From Dipteris shenzhenensis (lineage: Eukaryota): a stretch of 64,000 nt of DNA. Under the pieces are notes generated by a model that did no database searches, had not been told where the DNA came from, and saw only the letters and a list, made by a program, of their open reading frames with translations. This document shows, piece after piece, positions 51,225 to 64,000 of the stretch. The stretch is from NCBI GenBank assembly GCA_047967505.1, contig CM106538.1. One strand, written 5' to 3'. Each line of letters starts with the position of its first letter. The stretch's first letter is position 1. Made by a program: the position numbers and the translations under genes.

Positions 51225-53499
51225 ATTTCCATCCAGGGTGTGACATTCCTCATAGAGCTCCTAAAGGGTATATCCCTCCAGTGAGGGTGTACACATCCAC
51301 AAGTCCATCTATCAAGCTTGGTAGGAAGAAAGTGTGTGTGTGTTACCTACTATTTCAATAAATGTATATCCCCACCATTCCACATGTTTAGTCAAAAATT
51401 TGAAAGTCTGTTGACAGCCATTGCTTCATCCAGACTACGTTCACAGTTGCATAAATGTTTAAAGGCACAAAATGGGGATCATTAAGACTAGTTCATGTCC
51501 ATCTTTTCTTTTTTCCTAGTTTGGAAATCTAAATTATTGCCCTCTCTACATTTCTAAGTTGAGAGTCCAAGGAAGCACTTAGTTGAAGATTTTTCAAACG
51601 GTAAACACCCAAAAGACAACTTCTACCTTAATCAAGTTGTCTAGGTTACCACTCTACAATTCTCATTTCAATCCAATATATTTATGTAAAGGTATACAAG
51701 AAAGGTCAAGAGTACTATATCCTTCATCACAAGGTATGCAAGTGTACTCCTCACCAGGTATGCAAGAGTACTATATCCTTCATCACAAGGTATGCAAGTG
51801 TACTCCTCCAAGTTGCCATCATCCTTTCCCACAAAGTCATGCCCAAGAGTCTACCTTGCAAATCTGATGGAGAGGCATGCCAAGTCACTTAGCACCATCA
51901 CAACCAAATGAAAGTTATAACAATTTGTTTTAGCTATGGAAGTCAGGCTTCAATGCCAGCAAATAGTTGTTATCCATGTCACTCTATCTATGATTGCAAT
52001 GAACAAATCTTGGCATTTTGATACTCCAAAGTAGTCAAAGGTTGGCTCCTTAAAAATAAATGAAATATATTTAGAAAATCTAGAAAATTTCCAAGGGAGT
52101 AAACAGAAACCTCAAAATTTGGGGGGACTTTAAGGTAAATACATTAATCATGAAATGGAACCCTCCCATTCCCATTTTAAATTAAGTCATGCACATAAAC
52201 TTGCAAGATAAAATCTTAAAAGGATCTCCAATTCTTGCATCATCAAGATCATTCCATTCATGGGTAGAAATGATTATCCTGCTAAGGGGTGTTATAATGG
52301 ATTCAAAACCAATGGAAATAATTCTTGACTAAGGGGTGTTACAATGGATTCAAGTAATGTTCTAGTAAATTTATACCTTTGATAGTAAGGGTAATCCAGA
52401 GAAGATGAAAGCGGGGAAAACAGAGGGATAGAAGAGACAACAATCCAAAGAGGCTAAGCATCTTCTTAGGCTCTAGCATCAGAGCATATACTTTTGAGAT
52501 TCAAGAGAAACATAAGGAAAAAAATTAGTAGGAGGCGATACCTTACGAGAGTATCCAATATGGCATGTATTTTTTTCATGAAACGATAGGGACTCTCATG
52601 ATGGTCTCATTGTAGAAGCAAAGGAACAATAATTCAAGGAGTATTGAGGTGCTCATGACTACATAGAGAGTACAAAATGGCTTTTCTACCCTTAGGTTTT
52701 GATTAGTAGAAGTAGGCAGCCCATTCTAGTGCCCAAGGAAGTGCAAATTTGTCCCAATATGCTCCTTGTCTTGTTGTGCCACACAAACCTGGCTCCATTG
52801 GGACAAAAAGTCTGAAGAGCCCAGTACATCCCCTTATCCCATCAAACAGCATCAGTCATGTTATTCATATAGAGGTGGCATTAGTCACGCAACGTTTGTG
52901 GCCATGTTAAAATATAACCTATGTAACAAAATAGAGGTAGGAATGTTGACAAAGATTTGGGAGATAAGCCCCTACTACTATCACATCTGTACTCTCTAAC
53001 AAGGAGAGCAAGTACTCTACATTCATGCTCGCAAGTAGAATTGTTGAAACACTTATTTTAATGACGAGTTAGAGCAAGAAAGTTTACACTTCATAAGGCT
53101 TCTAGTCCTAGCAATCTTCTAGTTCCAGATTATAGTTTAAAGAATGTTTCCAATCTCTAGGTAGTTGTCATGAGCTGAAACAAGCATGAACCACAAAAAT
53201 ATAGAGTCAACTACACAGTTGAGAGGTAGACATACATCAATCTTGAATTTAGTTCAGCATGGTGCCTTCCAAAGGCTTTGATAATCAGAGAATAGTACCA
53301 AACATTGTCCCTATGTTGCTCCTACAAGTTAGATCATGATAGGGCCAGTCGCTAAGACTCATCCACAAAGACCTAGTAAAACAATGTCAAGCACCACAAC
53401 CTCAGCTTTGAGGGTAGAGGATGTATTCTTTAGGTGCAGCATGTATTCCCCAGATGCAAAGTGGGCAATTTGTTTCTTAGTAGTATTGGAAATAATTAA

Positions 53500-54570
53500 C
53501 CCTAGTTGTGAAAACACCGAATAATGGTGATGAGATGCACTCCGGCCACTCAAAAAGCATGGGAGCTTGCCAACGCAAAAGCCCACTCTAATATAATTCT
53601 CCATTGTGGCAACTCCAAACTCTAGCTTGTGTATTCACTTGACATAGCAACAGAAGTCTAGGACAAAATTAAGGCCTCATATGATCATGTAGAAATTGCC
53701 ACACAAGTAAACGCTCATCGGAAGCTCCTATTCCTATAGATGGAAGAGTTTGATTTTGTCCCATAATTTCTAGATCATTGGCAAGGACTACTTGATGAAA
53801 TTGTTGAGGCCGGCTTGAAAATCCCTCCCAAGTGATAATGCTCCTTGTTGCAGCCTTGCCTTCCTCATGGTGGCACATTGTCAAAACACAAAGTATACTC
53901 ACACAACTCACACTCCCAACTCTTCTTGGCAAGATCCTTCAAGAAGATACTATGTGCAAACAGAAAGATGGCCCGACAAGTGCATCACAACCCATGGCCA
54001 TGTTGTTCATTCAATCAAACAATGATTGCTACTACAACAAGAAGCTAAGGCAATTAAATAATCGAGCCATCACTCAACACCGCCTGGGTCCACTCCTGCA
54101 ATTGCTGCCCACCCCCTTCTCAGGTTCCTACCAATCATAATCCCAAAGAGGCCCTCAAAGAAACAATCCCACAATCAAGAGAAATCAACAATGGCAACCA
54201 AGGTCATACACTCAACAATCCAATGTTGCCACAACCCAACCTTCAATGCACTTGTTCTGTGGCTCTACATCAAAATCCGAATCTGAGAATATCAAAAAAC
54301 CTGGTATCTCCACACTAGGAGAAAAAACACATGACATCTCATGCAAAATGGCTCAATGAATTCCAGACCTTCCCAAAACCAATTTTGCTCTATCTTGGGG
54401 ACGATCACCCAATCGAAGCTATTGGAAAAGGATCTGCACAAGTTCAACTCTCAACAAGTCCTGTGCTAATATTATAAGACGTGCTCCTCATCCCAAAGTT
54501 GCAGAAAAGTCTCATTTCAGTGGCCACATTGATTGATGAAGGATACAATCTCGACTTCGGAGTTCAGCTT
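53500..54570 (+). pseudogene. Old degenerate Copia gag-protease remnant
   Basis: LVAALPSSW..LTLPTLLGKILQED (Gag-like) and WYL..(HMT)..YLGDDHPIEAIGKGS..DVLLIPKLQKSLISV (Copia protease region). Limits are approximate. Confidence 0.75.
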
Positions 54571-55582
54571 TGCATGAGCACATGTTAACATCCATAGAGT
54601 ACAACTACCAAATGCAAGGTAATCAATGAGTAAATGTGACCAAGCCGAATGATCTACTGCAATAGGACAAACTCAAGGGAGTTTGATACCCAAATACACC
54701 AAGGTCAATGATTACAAGCAATGTGCACACGGGAGGAGTATAGCTCAAACTCAGGGAGTTTAATCTCAAATACCCAAAGCCTACTCCAAATTCCAAAGAT
54801 TCTAGGCAACGTGCACAAGCTGTATGTTCCAACTGCCCTTGCCCGGAACAAGGAGGTGTAGGAACAAGGAGATGCACACTTCTAGGCCACGAAGAGTGCA
54901 TGTGCCTTGCACTGTTCAGTGTTGGAATACTGAAAGGAAAGAGTAGAGTTGACACAAAATCAGAATACTTGCTTATAGAATGAAGAAGAAAGAGGTCCTT
55001 AAGTAGGCACCTCATACAAGGTCACTGACATCATTGATGACCTCAAAGCTCCACAATCATCTCCTCAATCTGCTCCTAGATTCACTCAATCATCCTATGT
55101 GGCTTTTCCACCACCTAATTGTGCTTGTGGGCACCTAACTGTGCCTCTAGCACTCACACATAGAAACATAAGGTGTGCCTGAGGCATACACCTTGAGATA
55201 TCCCAACAAACCCCCCCTCAAGGAAATGCCTCAGGCTATGTCAAGGATACATCTAGTCTCATAGTTTCTCATGCCATCTCATGGTGGTCAAGGATAAATC
55301 TATGGCTAGGTTCTCATGCTAGCAAGGGTTTCCTTGGGTGTAAGGTAAACAGAAAGGGATACAAACAGACCTTCCAATGGTTATCTCCCCTACATGTACA
55401 TGCACACAATGTCTGTAGGAGGTACCATGGAAAAAACATACACATGGCCTACATCATAAGGTGACCAGAGGTGTTTACAAAACACACAACACACAATAAT
55501 TTATTTTCATTCATTTTGGAGGACTATCCAGGCTGAGTACCTTGACATAAAAAGAGAGATCTAGAGCATACATAGAGATGAT

Positions 55583-55984
55583 TTAAAATGCATAATCTTC
55601 ATGGGATGCCTCATCTTGTGGAGGCAAAATATCCATGTCAAGGCAAGGTCTTACCACATGGGCAGTGTCTAGTGCCTTATAAGATGGTACTATGATAGAA
55701 CAAGTGGATCTGAAAGTCATATCCTTCATGAGAACAATTATCTTGTCATCTCCATAGTTGTGTAGAGAAGCATATCTTAGGTGTCTGACCTTCATCTTTT
55801 TCTTGTACTTGGAGTCAAATAAAAGTTCCATGAGAGTGTAGATCTCTGTATTTGCTTCCTTTTTGGCAACCATTGTTTTGGCAATCTTCAATAAGGAAGT
55901 CAGGTTGGCATTTTCATCCTTTGTAGCATAACAAGACATTGCTTTATGTTTTGGCTTTTCACATATTTGGCATAAGCAAGCCAT
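55583..55984 (-). pseudogene. Degenerate gag-like ORF with a CX2CX4HX4C zinc knuckle
   Basis: CQICEKPKHKAMSC inside the non-autonomous LTR element. Confidence 0.5.
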
Positions 55985-56524
55985 GAGAGGCTCTAACCCA
56001 AGTATTGGGTAGTGTCTTCTCTCTTACAAGGCAAAAATAACTGAAATGCTTCCAAAGTATAGGCACTTGATGTAGCAAATAGTAGTGAGACTAGTTTTCA
56101 AACAATGATGCTACTTTTTGCATGCTTCATAGAAGTGAATGAAATAAACACTTTCCAATCACAACCAGGTCTAGCAAGTCAAAACAAAACTGAAGCACCA
56201 CTTGTAGTGAAGTTATTGAAAACTTCAAAAGACCAGAAATGCTAGAGTAGCATTTTATGTAGCATCATTTTCAAAAGTATGTCAAAACTGTCAAAACTAG
56301 AGAGCTGAACTTGGAGGGCTCATATCACACTCTTCAAAGCAAAAGAAAGGGGGCTTTCTGAGGCAAAAGAAAGCTGGTATACCACAGTAGATCCTCTGGG
56401 AAGAAGAGGCGAAAATATGCGTCAGGTCGCCTTCACCTTCTTGAACAAAGTCGACTGGTTTTTCTCTGTTTTCTCCTTCAATATGCAGCCATTGCTGCTC
56501 AGATTTCAGCACAAGGTAGCTCTA

Positions 56525-59500
56525 TGTAAAGAATAAGGGAGAGAGATAGGAGACTCAAGTTCAGCTTTCTTCACAACACACAAAAGAGAGAGGACACAAG
56601 GTTGGAGGGTGAAGCCTTTCTTCACTTTTGCACACAACAACAATACAATAGAAGAGGGAAATACCCTATATGTCAAAACCTAGAATACGTGGTTCATATG
56701 TGAACCCAAACCAAAGACATACGTGGTAGTCTAACTACACCACGAGTACAACTAACATAGGCGGTGACATAAATGATAGTCATCCAGGAGATATATCGGG
56801 GGTAGAGCTTGATATCTCAACACTCCCCCTCAAGCTCAAATCCATCTCACGTACACCAAGCAAGCTCCTAAATCTGCGAAGCTTCTCGGTACCCAATGCC
56901 TTCGTAAAAATATCAGCCACCTGCTCCTCAGTGCTGACATAGACAAGATCAATCTCACTAGCTAGAACCTTCTCTCTCACAAAGTGATAATGCACCTCAA
57001 TGTGCTTTGTTCTAGCATGATAAACTGGGTTACTAGCAAGCATGATGCTGCTAATGTTGTCACAATGAATGACAACTGCTGCATGAATTGACTGTCCCAT
57101 ATCTGCAAGTAGCTTCCGTAACCAAGCTACCTCACATGCAGCCATTGCTGCACCCCTGTACTCAGCCTCTGTGCTTGACAAGGCAACTGTTGGCTGCTTC
57201 TTGCTGCTCCAACTGATGGCACCACTCCCAAGGGAAAACATAAAACCACTAGTAGATCTCCTGTCTGAGACACTACCAGCCCAATCAGCATCTGTGTATC
57301 CATGTACCTGTAATGCACACCCAGCTTCATAAAACAGTCCATAATGCAATGTGGACTTCACATACCGCAGTATGCGCCTAGCCGCATCCAAATGTGGCTT
57401 CCTCGGTGCCTGCATAAACTGACTCACCAGCCCCACAGCATAGCTCAAATCTGGTCTGGTTATAGTCATGTAAATCAAGCTACCTACTATGCGCCTGTAC
57501 ATAGTAATATCTTCAAGAAGCTCACCTGTCTCTGCATTGAGCTTCACATTCTGCTCCAATGGAACAGAAATAGGCTTACAGCCTGTCATCCCATATTTGG
57601 ACAGCATGTCCAAACCGTATTGCCTTTGCAACAGCCATATACCACTCGGGGATCTAATAACCTCAATGCCCAAGAAGTAACGCAGCTCTCCCAAATCCTT
57701 CATCTCAAATTTTTGCTTCAACAGCAGCTTCACTTCATTAATGTCTGCATCACTATCACCTGTAATAATCAAGTCATCAACATAGATGACTATAAGCACA
57801 ATCCCTCTGTTTGTCCTTTTCACATAAAGTGAAAAATCTGAATTGGAAATCTGAAATCCAATAGTGACAAGATATTGCCCTATCTTGTCTGACCATGCCC
57901 TCGGCGCCTGTTTTAAGCCATACAAGGCTTTGTGCAACCTGCATACAAAATCGGGGTGTGAATTATCCTCATAACCTTCTGGCTGCATCATATAAACCTC
58001 TTCCTGCAAATCACCATGCAAGAAGGCATTTTTCACATCCATCTGATGCAAAGACCATCCCTTTGCAGCAACCATAGCAATTACTACTCTCATGGTTGCC
58101 ATCCTTGCAACTGGGCTGAAAGTTTCCTCATAGTCAATTCCATATGTCTGTGCAAAACCTTTGGCAACCAATCTTGCCTTGTACCTGCTAACAGACCCAT
58201 CAGCATTGTGCTTTACTTTGTAAACCCACTTGCAGCCAATAGCCTTCTTATCATGAGGCAAAGGCATCAAATCCCAAGTGTGGTTTGCATCCAAGGCAGC
58301 CATCTCTTCATCCATAGCTGCTTCCCAATTTTTATGCCCTGCTGCATCCTCAAAACATGTGGGCTCTGGCTCCTCTAGAACCTTGACCATATAAGCATAG
58401 TGATGTGCTGTATACCCATCATATCTCAGCCTGTCAACTGGATACTTAATACGGGTGGACCTCCGTACAACTGGATCAGTTGCAGGAGTCTTTAAATCAT
58501 GCCTGCTTTTCCTTGCACCTGGTGTAACAATAGACAGAATCCCAAGTTCCTCATCAAGGCTCATTTCAGAGCCGCTTGACTCTCCATCAACATGAGAGCT
58601 ACCAGCAGACACATCAAACACTGGAGCATGGTCTACTTTTTCTTTTCCCTTATGTGATACCTGCACAACACTATCAGGGCTGCCATGTGACGATTCACTA
58701 GATCTCAATCTCCCTGTCCATGCATTAGATCCACTAGTAGAGGACTCTCTGGGTCCACTCAAGGCTTGAGATTGCTGCTCTGCATTTATTGCAGCATTCC
58801 CATTTCCTGCATCTGCATCTCCTACCATAACAGTTGGTGCATACCAGCTGCTCATTTCATCAAAAACAACATCTCTGCTCACTTGCATTTTACGGGTGGA
58901 AGGGTTATAACAGCAATACCCTTTTTGGTGCTGAGCATATCCAATAAAGATGCATTTTTCTACCTTTGGATCCAGCTTTGTTCTCTTCTCATTAGGAACA
59001 TGAACATAAGCTATGCAACCAAATACCTTCAAGTGAGAAATATCTGGTTTTTGGCCTGTATACATTTCTTCAGGCGTCATGCCATGGACAGCTGCAGTGG
59101 GGGTTCTGTTCATAATGTAGACAGCAGTTGCTATTGCTTCAGCCCAAAAATAATCAGGCATGTTTTTCTCATTTAGGATCGCCCGTCCTACTTCTGCAAT
59201 ATGCCTGTTCTTCCTTTCTGCAACCCCATTCTGCTGAGGGGTAGACCTGCATGAGTACTTCCTTTGAATTCCCTGTTCTTTCAGATATTCACAAAATTCT
59301 TCTGAAAAGTACTCTCCCCCTCCATCAGATCTTAGCACTTTAATATGCACACCTTTCTCTTTTTCAACCATGGCCTTAAAAGCCTTGAAATGGCTGAACA
59401 CTTCACTTTTGTGCTTCATAAAATAAATCCACACCTTTCTAGTGTAGTCATCAATAAACGTCACATAATAATGGCATCCACCAATAGAAGCAGCTTTGGT

Positions 59501-61539
59501 TGTCCAAACATCTGAATGGATCACTTCCAAAGGTCTTCTGCTCACCTTAGCATTTTTGGGAAATGCATGTCTGGCCTGCTTACCCATTTGGCATGCTTCA
59601 CATACCTTCTGCATTCCCTCAACTCTGAATTTAGGCAAACCTGCAACAATGTTTTTCGTTTGCATAGATTTTAGCCTTTGTATATTCACGTGCCCAATGC
59701 GCTTGTGCCATATCTCAATATCTGCAATGACACCTCTCCCATGCGCAAACATAGCAGCTTTCACCTCAGGCATATCAACATCCAAGGTGAACATTCTGCC
59801 ATTTTTGTTGCCTTTTGCAATCAAGCGGCACTTATTTTTCAAGTCCTCAACAAAGCATCCATCAGGATTAAATCTAACCTGCAGACCTTGCTCAACCATC
59901 TGGCCAACTGAAACCAGGTTCTTAGTGATTTTTGGAACATGAAGTACATCTGCCAAGTACTTCGTTTTGCCATCCTGCATAGCCAATGGCACTTTACCAA
60001 CCTGCGTAATTGGGTGCGCAGTATCATCACCTGTTTCAACATAACCTGGCTTATCCAAATTTCTAACATCATGAAACCACTCACCATGACTGGTCATGTG
60101 GTTAGAGGCACCTGAATCAACATACCAAACATCATTGCAAGCTGCAGCATCTCCTGACATGGAGTTAACCATATGCTGCATCACAAAAAGGTGCTCATTT
60201 CTGTCGTCACCATGCCCACTTGATGATGCATAGTTGCTTTGCTGCAACTTCCCACTTTTGATGTCATTCTGCTTTGTATAGCATGTATTCTCCTTGTGTC
60301 CAGGCTTTCCACAATAATAGCATTCTGTGCTGCTATTTACTTGCTGGTTCCTTTGCCATGAACCACGGCCTCTTTGGCTCCCCCTGCCTCTAGAACTACC
60401 ACGTCCTCCTCCATAGGACTGGTTTTCCTGTTGTTGCTGTTGGTTCTGATTTCCTGCACGGCCACCAAAACGGCCTCTTCCTCTACCCCTGCCTCTACCT
60501 GTATTCGAGTAGAAAGCAGTCTCTTGAGAAGTTGAGGTGGCTGAACCACCATTCCTTTGCTCTTCACTCAGCAAGAGAGCAATAAGTTCCTGAAAATCAG
60601 GAAATGTTTCACGGACTCCAACGGATGTCCGAAACTGTGCATAATCTTTCCCAAGACCATTCAAGGTCACGGACACTAAGTCCTCATCATCAACAGGTGC
60701 TCCAATGGAGGCAAGAGAATCTGCAAGGCCTTTCACCTTCAAGGAATACTCATTTATATTCAGATTTTTCCTTTGCACATTGTGCAACTCCTGCTTTAGC
60801 TGCATCTTTCGTGCTTTGGTATTTGTGCTATACAGCTTCACCAATGTATCCCATGCCTCCTTAGGCATCTCTACATCCTATATATGCACAATCATAGAAT
60901 CTGAAATGCTAACAGATAGCCAATACAAGCATTTTCTGGCTTTTTCATGCCATTCCTTAAAGGCCTTCAATTCAGCAGGAGTGGGAGCAGTACCCAAAAC
61001 TGGTTCTGCACTTTCACCACTGATGTAATCCCAAACTCCCTTTCCCATAAGGAAGTTTGTCATCCTGAATTTCCATGCTTGGAAGTTGTTCTTGTCAAGC
61101 TTCTCACTGACAATGGTAGACAGATTCTCAGACATTTTACAAATCACAAATTGCAACAGCAACCTGTAAACACAGCAAATGCCTCACAAGGGCAAATAGC
61201 AAAACTTCTGCGAAAAGCCTCACAGGGGCAGCTCTGCAACACTGACGAAAGTGGTATTTCACCACACAGTCACTTCCTCGTGACGATTTTGCATCAACAG
61301 GCAACAGGCATGAATCTGCAACTCCCAATATCTCTGCACATAGGCATACGATGCAATTTCTGCGGCACCTTTCCACCGAGTAGCCGCGCGGTGGTCGCAC
61401 AGCAAAAACAGGGCCTTTTTCTGAGTGCCTGCGAAGAACTTCCGCCTTCAAAACGGGCTCCGAAACAAAAAAATACTCCCGCAGCATATACTGCGCTCTT
61501 CACCACACCGCGAAGGGCCTCTCAATCTGAAACAGTGCA
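56525..61539 (-). mobile_element. Ty1/Copia element (same family as 45798-51224) lacking its 5' LTR and PBS; 3' LTR at 56525-56822; flanked by CTCTA
   Basis: Near-identical to copy 1. Homology stops in the 5' UTR at ...aacagtgca (61539). CTCTA at 56520-56524 and 61540-61544. Confidence 0.93.
56780..61135 (-). pseudogene. Copia gag-pol polyprotein, complete except for one in-frame stop (CAG>TAG at 60878-60880) in gag
   Basis: The 1362-aa ORF and the upstream in-frame MSENLSTIV segment contain all Copia domains in PR-IN-RT-RH order. Confidence 0.96.
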
Positions 61540-62335
61540 CTCTAGGTATGGAGAAGCTTGCCCTGGAAGGAATTAGACAAAGACAGATCAGGCGCAGAGA
61601 ACTTGCAGGAAGAAGGATCGACGATTTTCGTGCAATGTTGACCAGCAGCGCGTATTATTCTTCAATTGCTTGCAGCCGTAAACTCGCCCCAACAAGAGGG
61701 ATCTCCAGCAGAAAGGGCGTGGGAAATGGGTGAGAATCAGAGGAGAACAAGCTCAAGCAAATTTTTGGAAGAAGAGGGAGAGATGGTGAAGAAGAAGAAG
61801 AAGAAGAAGATGATGATGTGGCAAAAATGGGCTCAAGGGGGATCAAATGGCTCTGATACCATGTTGGAATACTGAAAGGAAAGAGTAGAGTTGACACAAA
61901 ATCAGAATACTTGCTTATAGAATGAAGAAGAAAGAGGTCCTTAAGTAGGCACCTCATACAAGGTCACTGACATCACTGATGACCTCAAAGCTCCACAATC
62001 ATCTCCTCAATCTGCTCCTAGATTCACTCAATCATCCTATGTGGCTTTTCCACCACCTAACTATGCTTGTGGGCACCTAACTGTGCCTCTAGCACTCACA
62101 CATAGAAACATAAGGTGTGCCTGAGGCATACACCTTGAGATATCCCAACATTCAGCTCCACTTCCACTAGAAATAGCGATACCAACAAAAATAGCCATGA
62201 AAGGAGTACAGCTCAAACTCAGGGAGTTTGTTTGCCAAATATCATCACGAGACAGGGTTACCATTGAGTGTCTCAATGAAGCTAAGCCTCACTACTTCAG
62301 GTTTAAGTTTCATGCATCATGCATGACCACAAACA

Positions 62336-62927
62336 TGTAAGAAAATAGTACGCAGCGGAAGATAACAACAAAACGCAAGTACACGATGGAAAGCTGGAGA
62401 GAATACAAAAATTCTGATATACCAAACTGCTGATACAACTGATGGTTGGCTGTCCACCCGTGCGCTCTACAGACAGAGCTTCGATGGTGATCTAGACAGA
62501 TGCTGGACGGAGGACTATGAGCGTGAAGAACTGGTGATCTGATGATAGGGGGTGGCCACTTATATAGTGTAAGTGGTTGACGGTCGGCCCTGTAATAGGC
62601 AGTCGGCCTAATAGACAGTCGGCCTGGAAGACCACCGACCCTTCAGAAAACATGCCGGCGGGTAGATGAAGGATCGCCCCCGGACCCTGCCGCTGGGGGC
62701 TTTGCCCCCAGACCCCCACCGGGGGCCTGCGCCCCCCGGACCCCCTGCTATCGGGGGGGCTATCGCCCCCCCGAACCCCCCCTTTGTGCAGACGGGTATC
62801 TACTCTTGGCTCCTAAGCCGTCTCATAACCATCTGGTCTACTCTAAGACCCCTTCCAGTGTCTAAACTGGGGATCCCTCCCAATATCTGATACCCATCAT
62901 GGCTTCTCCTCATATGGGGGCCTTACA
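62336..62927 (-). mobile_element. Probable solo LTR with GC-rich hairpin repeats
   Basis: TGTAAG...CTTACA inverted termini, TATA-like ctatataagtg on minus (~62560), gggggct..gccccc.gacccc repeats at 62680-62785. The TSD is ambiguous (AACAT overlaps the termini). Confidence 0.55.
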
Positions 62928-64000
62928 ACATTGGGTACACAGAATATTGGTGGGCTACATGAGAGGTGGACATTTGAGCTAACTCTAACAAAACAGGTGG
63001 GGGTGTGAGGGCTCTCAGGGAGTTTGAGCCCCAAATCACCCAAGCCTAGGAGTGGCGAGGCTAACACAAGTGCTATTTGGGAACCGGTTAGGACCACCTC
63101 CTAATACCATGTTTGTCCCAAGCTCTTTAATATGGTTAAAACAAGTGCTATTTTCGCTAGTAGGGAGAGTCGGTAAGAATAGCAATATGCCTTGGTGCCC
63201 TACGAGCCCAAGAACCCATGGTTGTAAAGTGAGGGAGAGTGCTAAAAAGGAAAAGGGTTGGCCCTCCCTTCAAAAGGTGACATGTATAAAAGGCCAAAGG
63301 GTCGACTTTGGTCTTCATTGTTGTTTGCACAAGTTTGAATACAAGCTCCCTCTTCTCTTCCAAGAGAGTGTTTTGGGTGTTATCTTGTTTCCATTGTAGT
63401 TCCTTTGTGGTTGTCACTCTATACCCCTTCACTCCCTTCTCCTTCTTCCCTTCCTCCTCGTCCCTTCTCCCTCCTTCTCCCTCTCCCCTTCCCTCTTTCC
63501 CTTCCCTCTTTCTCGCGTGAAACCACATTGCAACAATCCAGAGGCTGCTTGAGTGACACTTGCAGATGGATCGTGCTATGCATTTCTCCCACAAGGAGTA
63601 GCCAAGAGTGGTAGCTCTGTTGGCATATCTTCAACTACCCCAAGACACTTGAGTCACCATTGAGACCACACTACATTTTTGGCACCATTGCCGAGGAGAA
63701 AAGGCATGCTTTTGCATTTGCACTTGTCTCCCTTCGATATATTCCCATTGCACAAGTTTTCAAGCTTACCTTGGAGCTTGTTAGTGGAGTTGTAGGAGAG
63801 AAGAGAGGTGGAAAAAGAGAGAGAGAGAGAGAGAGAGAGAGGACAGAAATCTATTTTTTCATGTAGGAATGCCATTTTTTAGCTTGGGAAGCTCATTTTG
63901 GATGCTTTTTGGAGTTTCAAGTTGATAGGAACTTAGTAGGCTTGATTGCTATGCTGTGTGTAGTGTCTAATCACCTTTAAAAAAAACAAAACTAAGGATT

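Larger units (their letters stand above)
54920..62150 (-). mobile_element. Non-autonomous LTR retrotransposon (289-bp LTRs at 54920-55208 and 61862-62150), TSD TTCAG, hosting a nested Copia
   Basis: Near-identical LTRs, PBS (reverse complement gctctgatacca) at 61850-61861, PPT at 55209-55220, TTCAG at 54915-54919 and 62151-62155. Confidence 0.96.

Overview
Land-plant nuclear DNA (TTTAGGG repeats, GT-AG introns, Met-tRNA-primed LTR elements), almost entirely repetitive. There is one apparently intact host gene, a 5-exon MES/SABP2-family methylesterase at 11115-12340 (-). The main feature is a family of large DNA transposons that I cannot place in a standard superfamily. The complete copy (19001-35392) has 26-bp TIRs (ACACACTATTCAAAATTTT(G/T)GGACTT) and a 6-bp TSD (TTCTCA). 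It carries two divergent, now pseudogenised genes. One is a ~1,200-codon Sola-like DDE transposase with an N-terminal Tnp1/En/Spm-like domain. The other is a ~1,130-codon protein with ParB/DGQHR-like motifs and a possible degenerate N4/N6 DNA-methyltransferase-like C-terminal region. Between them lie an outward-facing telomere-repeat-capped foldback cassette and many 16-22-bp palindromes. A second family member (<1-10993) carries a homologous transposase, a compensatorily co-varied version of the palindrome array and a 6-kb 182-bp satellite with higher-order structure. A third remnant lies at ~16.0-17.6 kb. The right half of the window holds a second, inverted array of the same satellite family between two outward-pointing LTR/PBS ends, two near-identical Ty1/Copia copies, two non-autonomous LTR elements, a probable solo LTR and low-complexity tracts. 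All domain calls come from motif recognition by eye, not from database searches.
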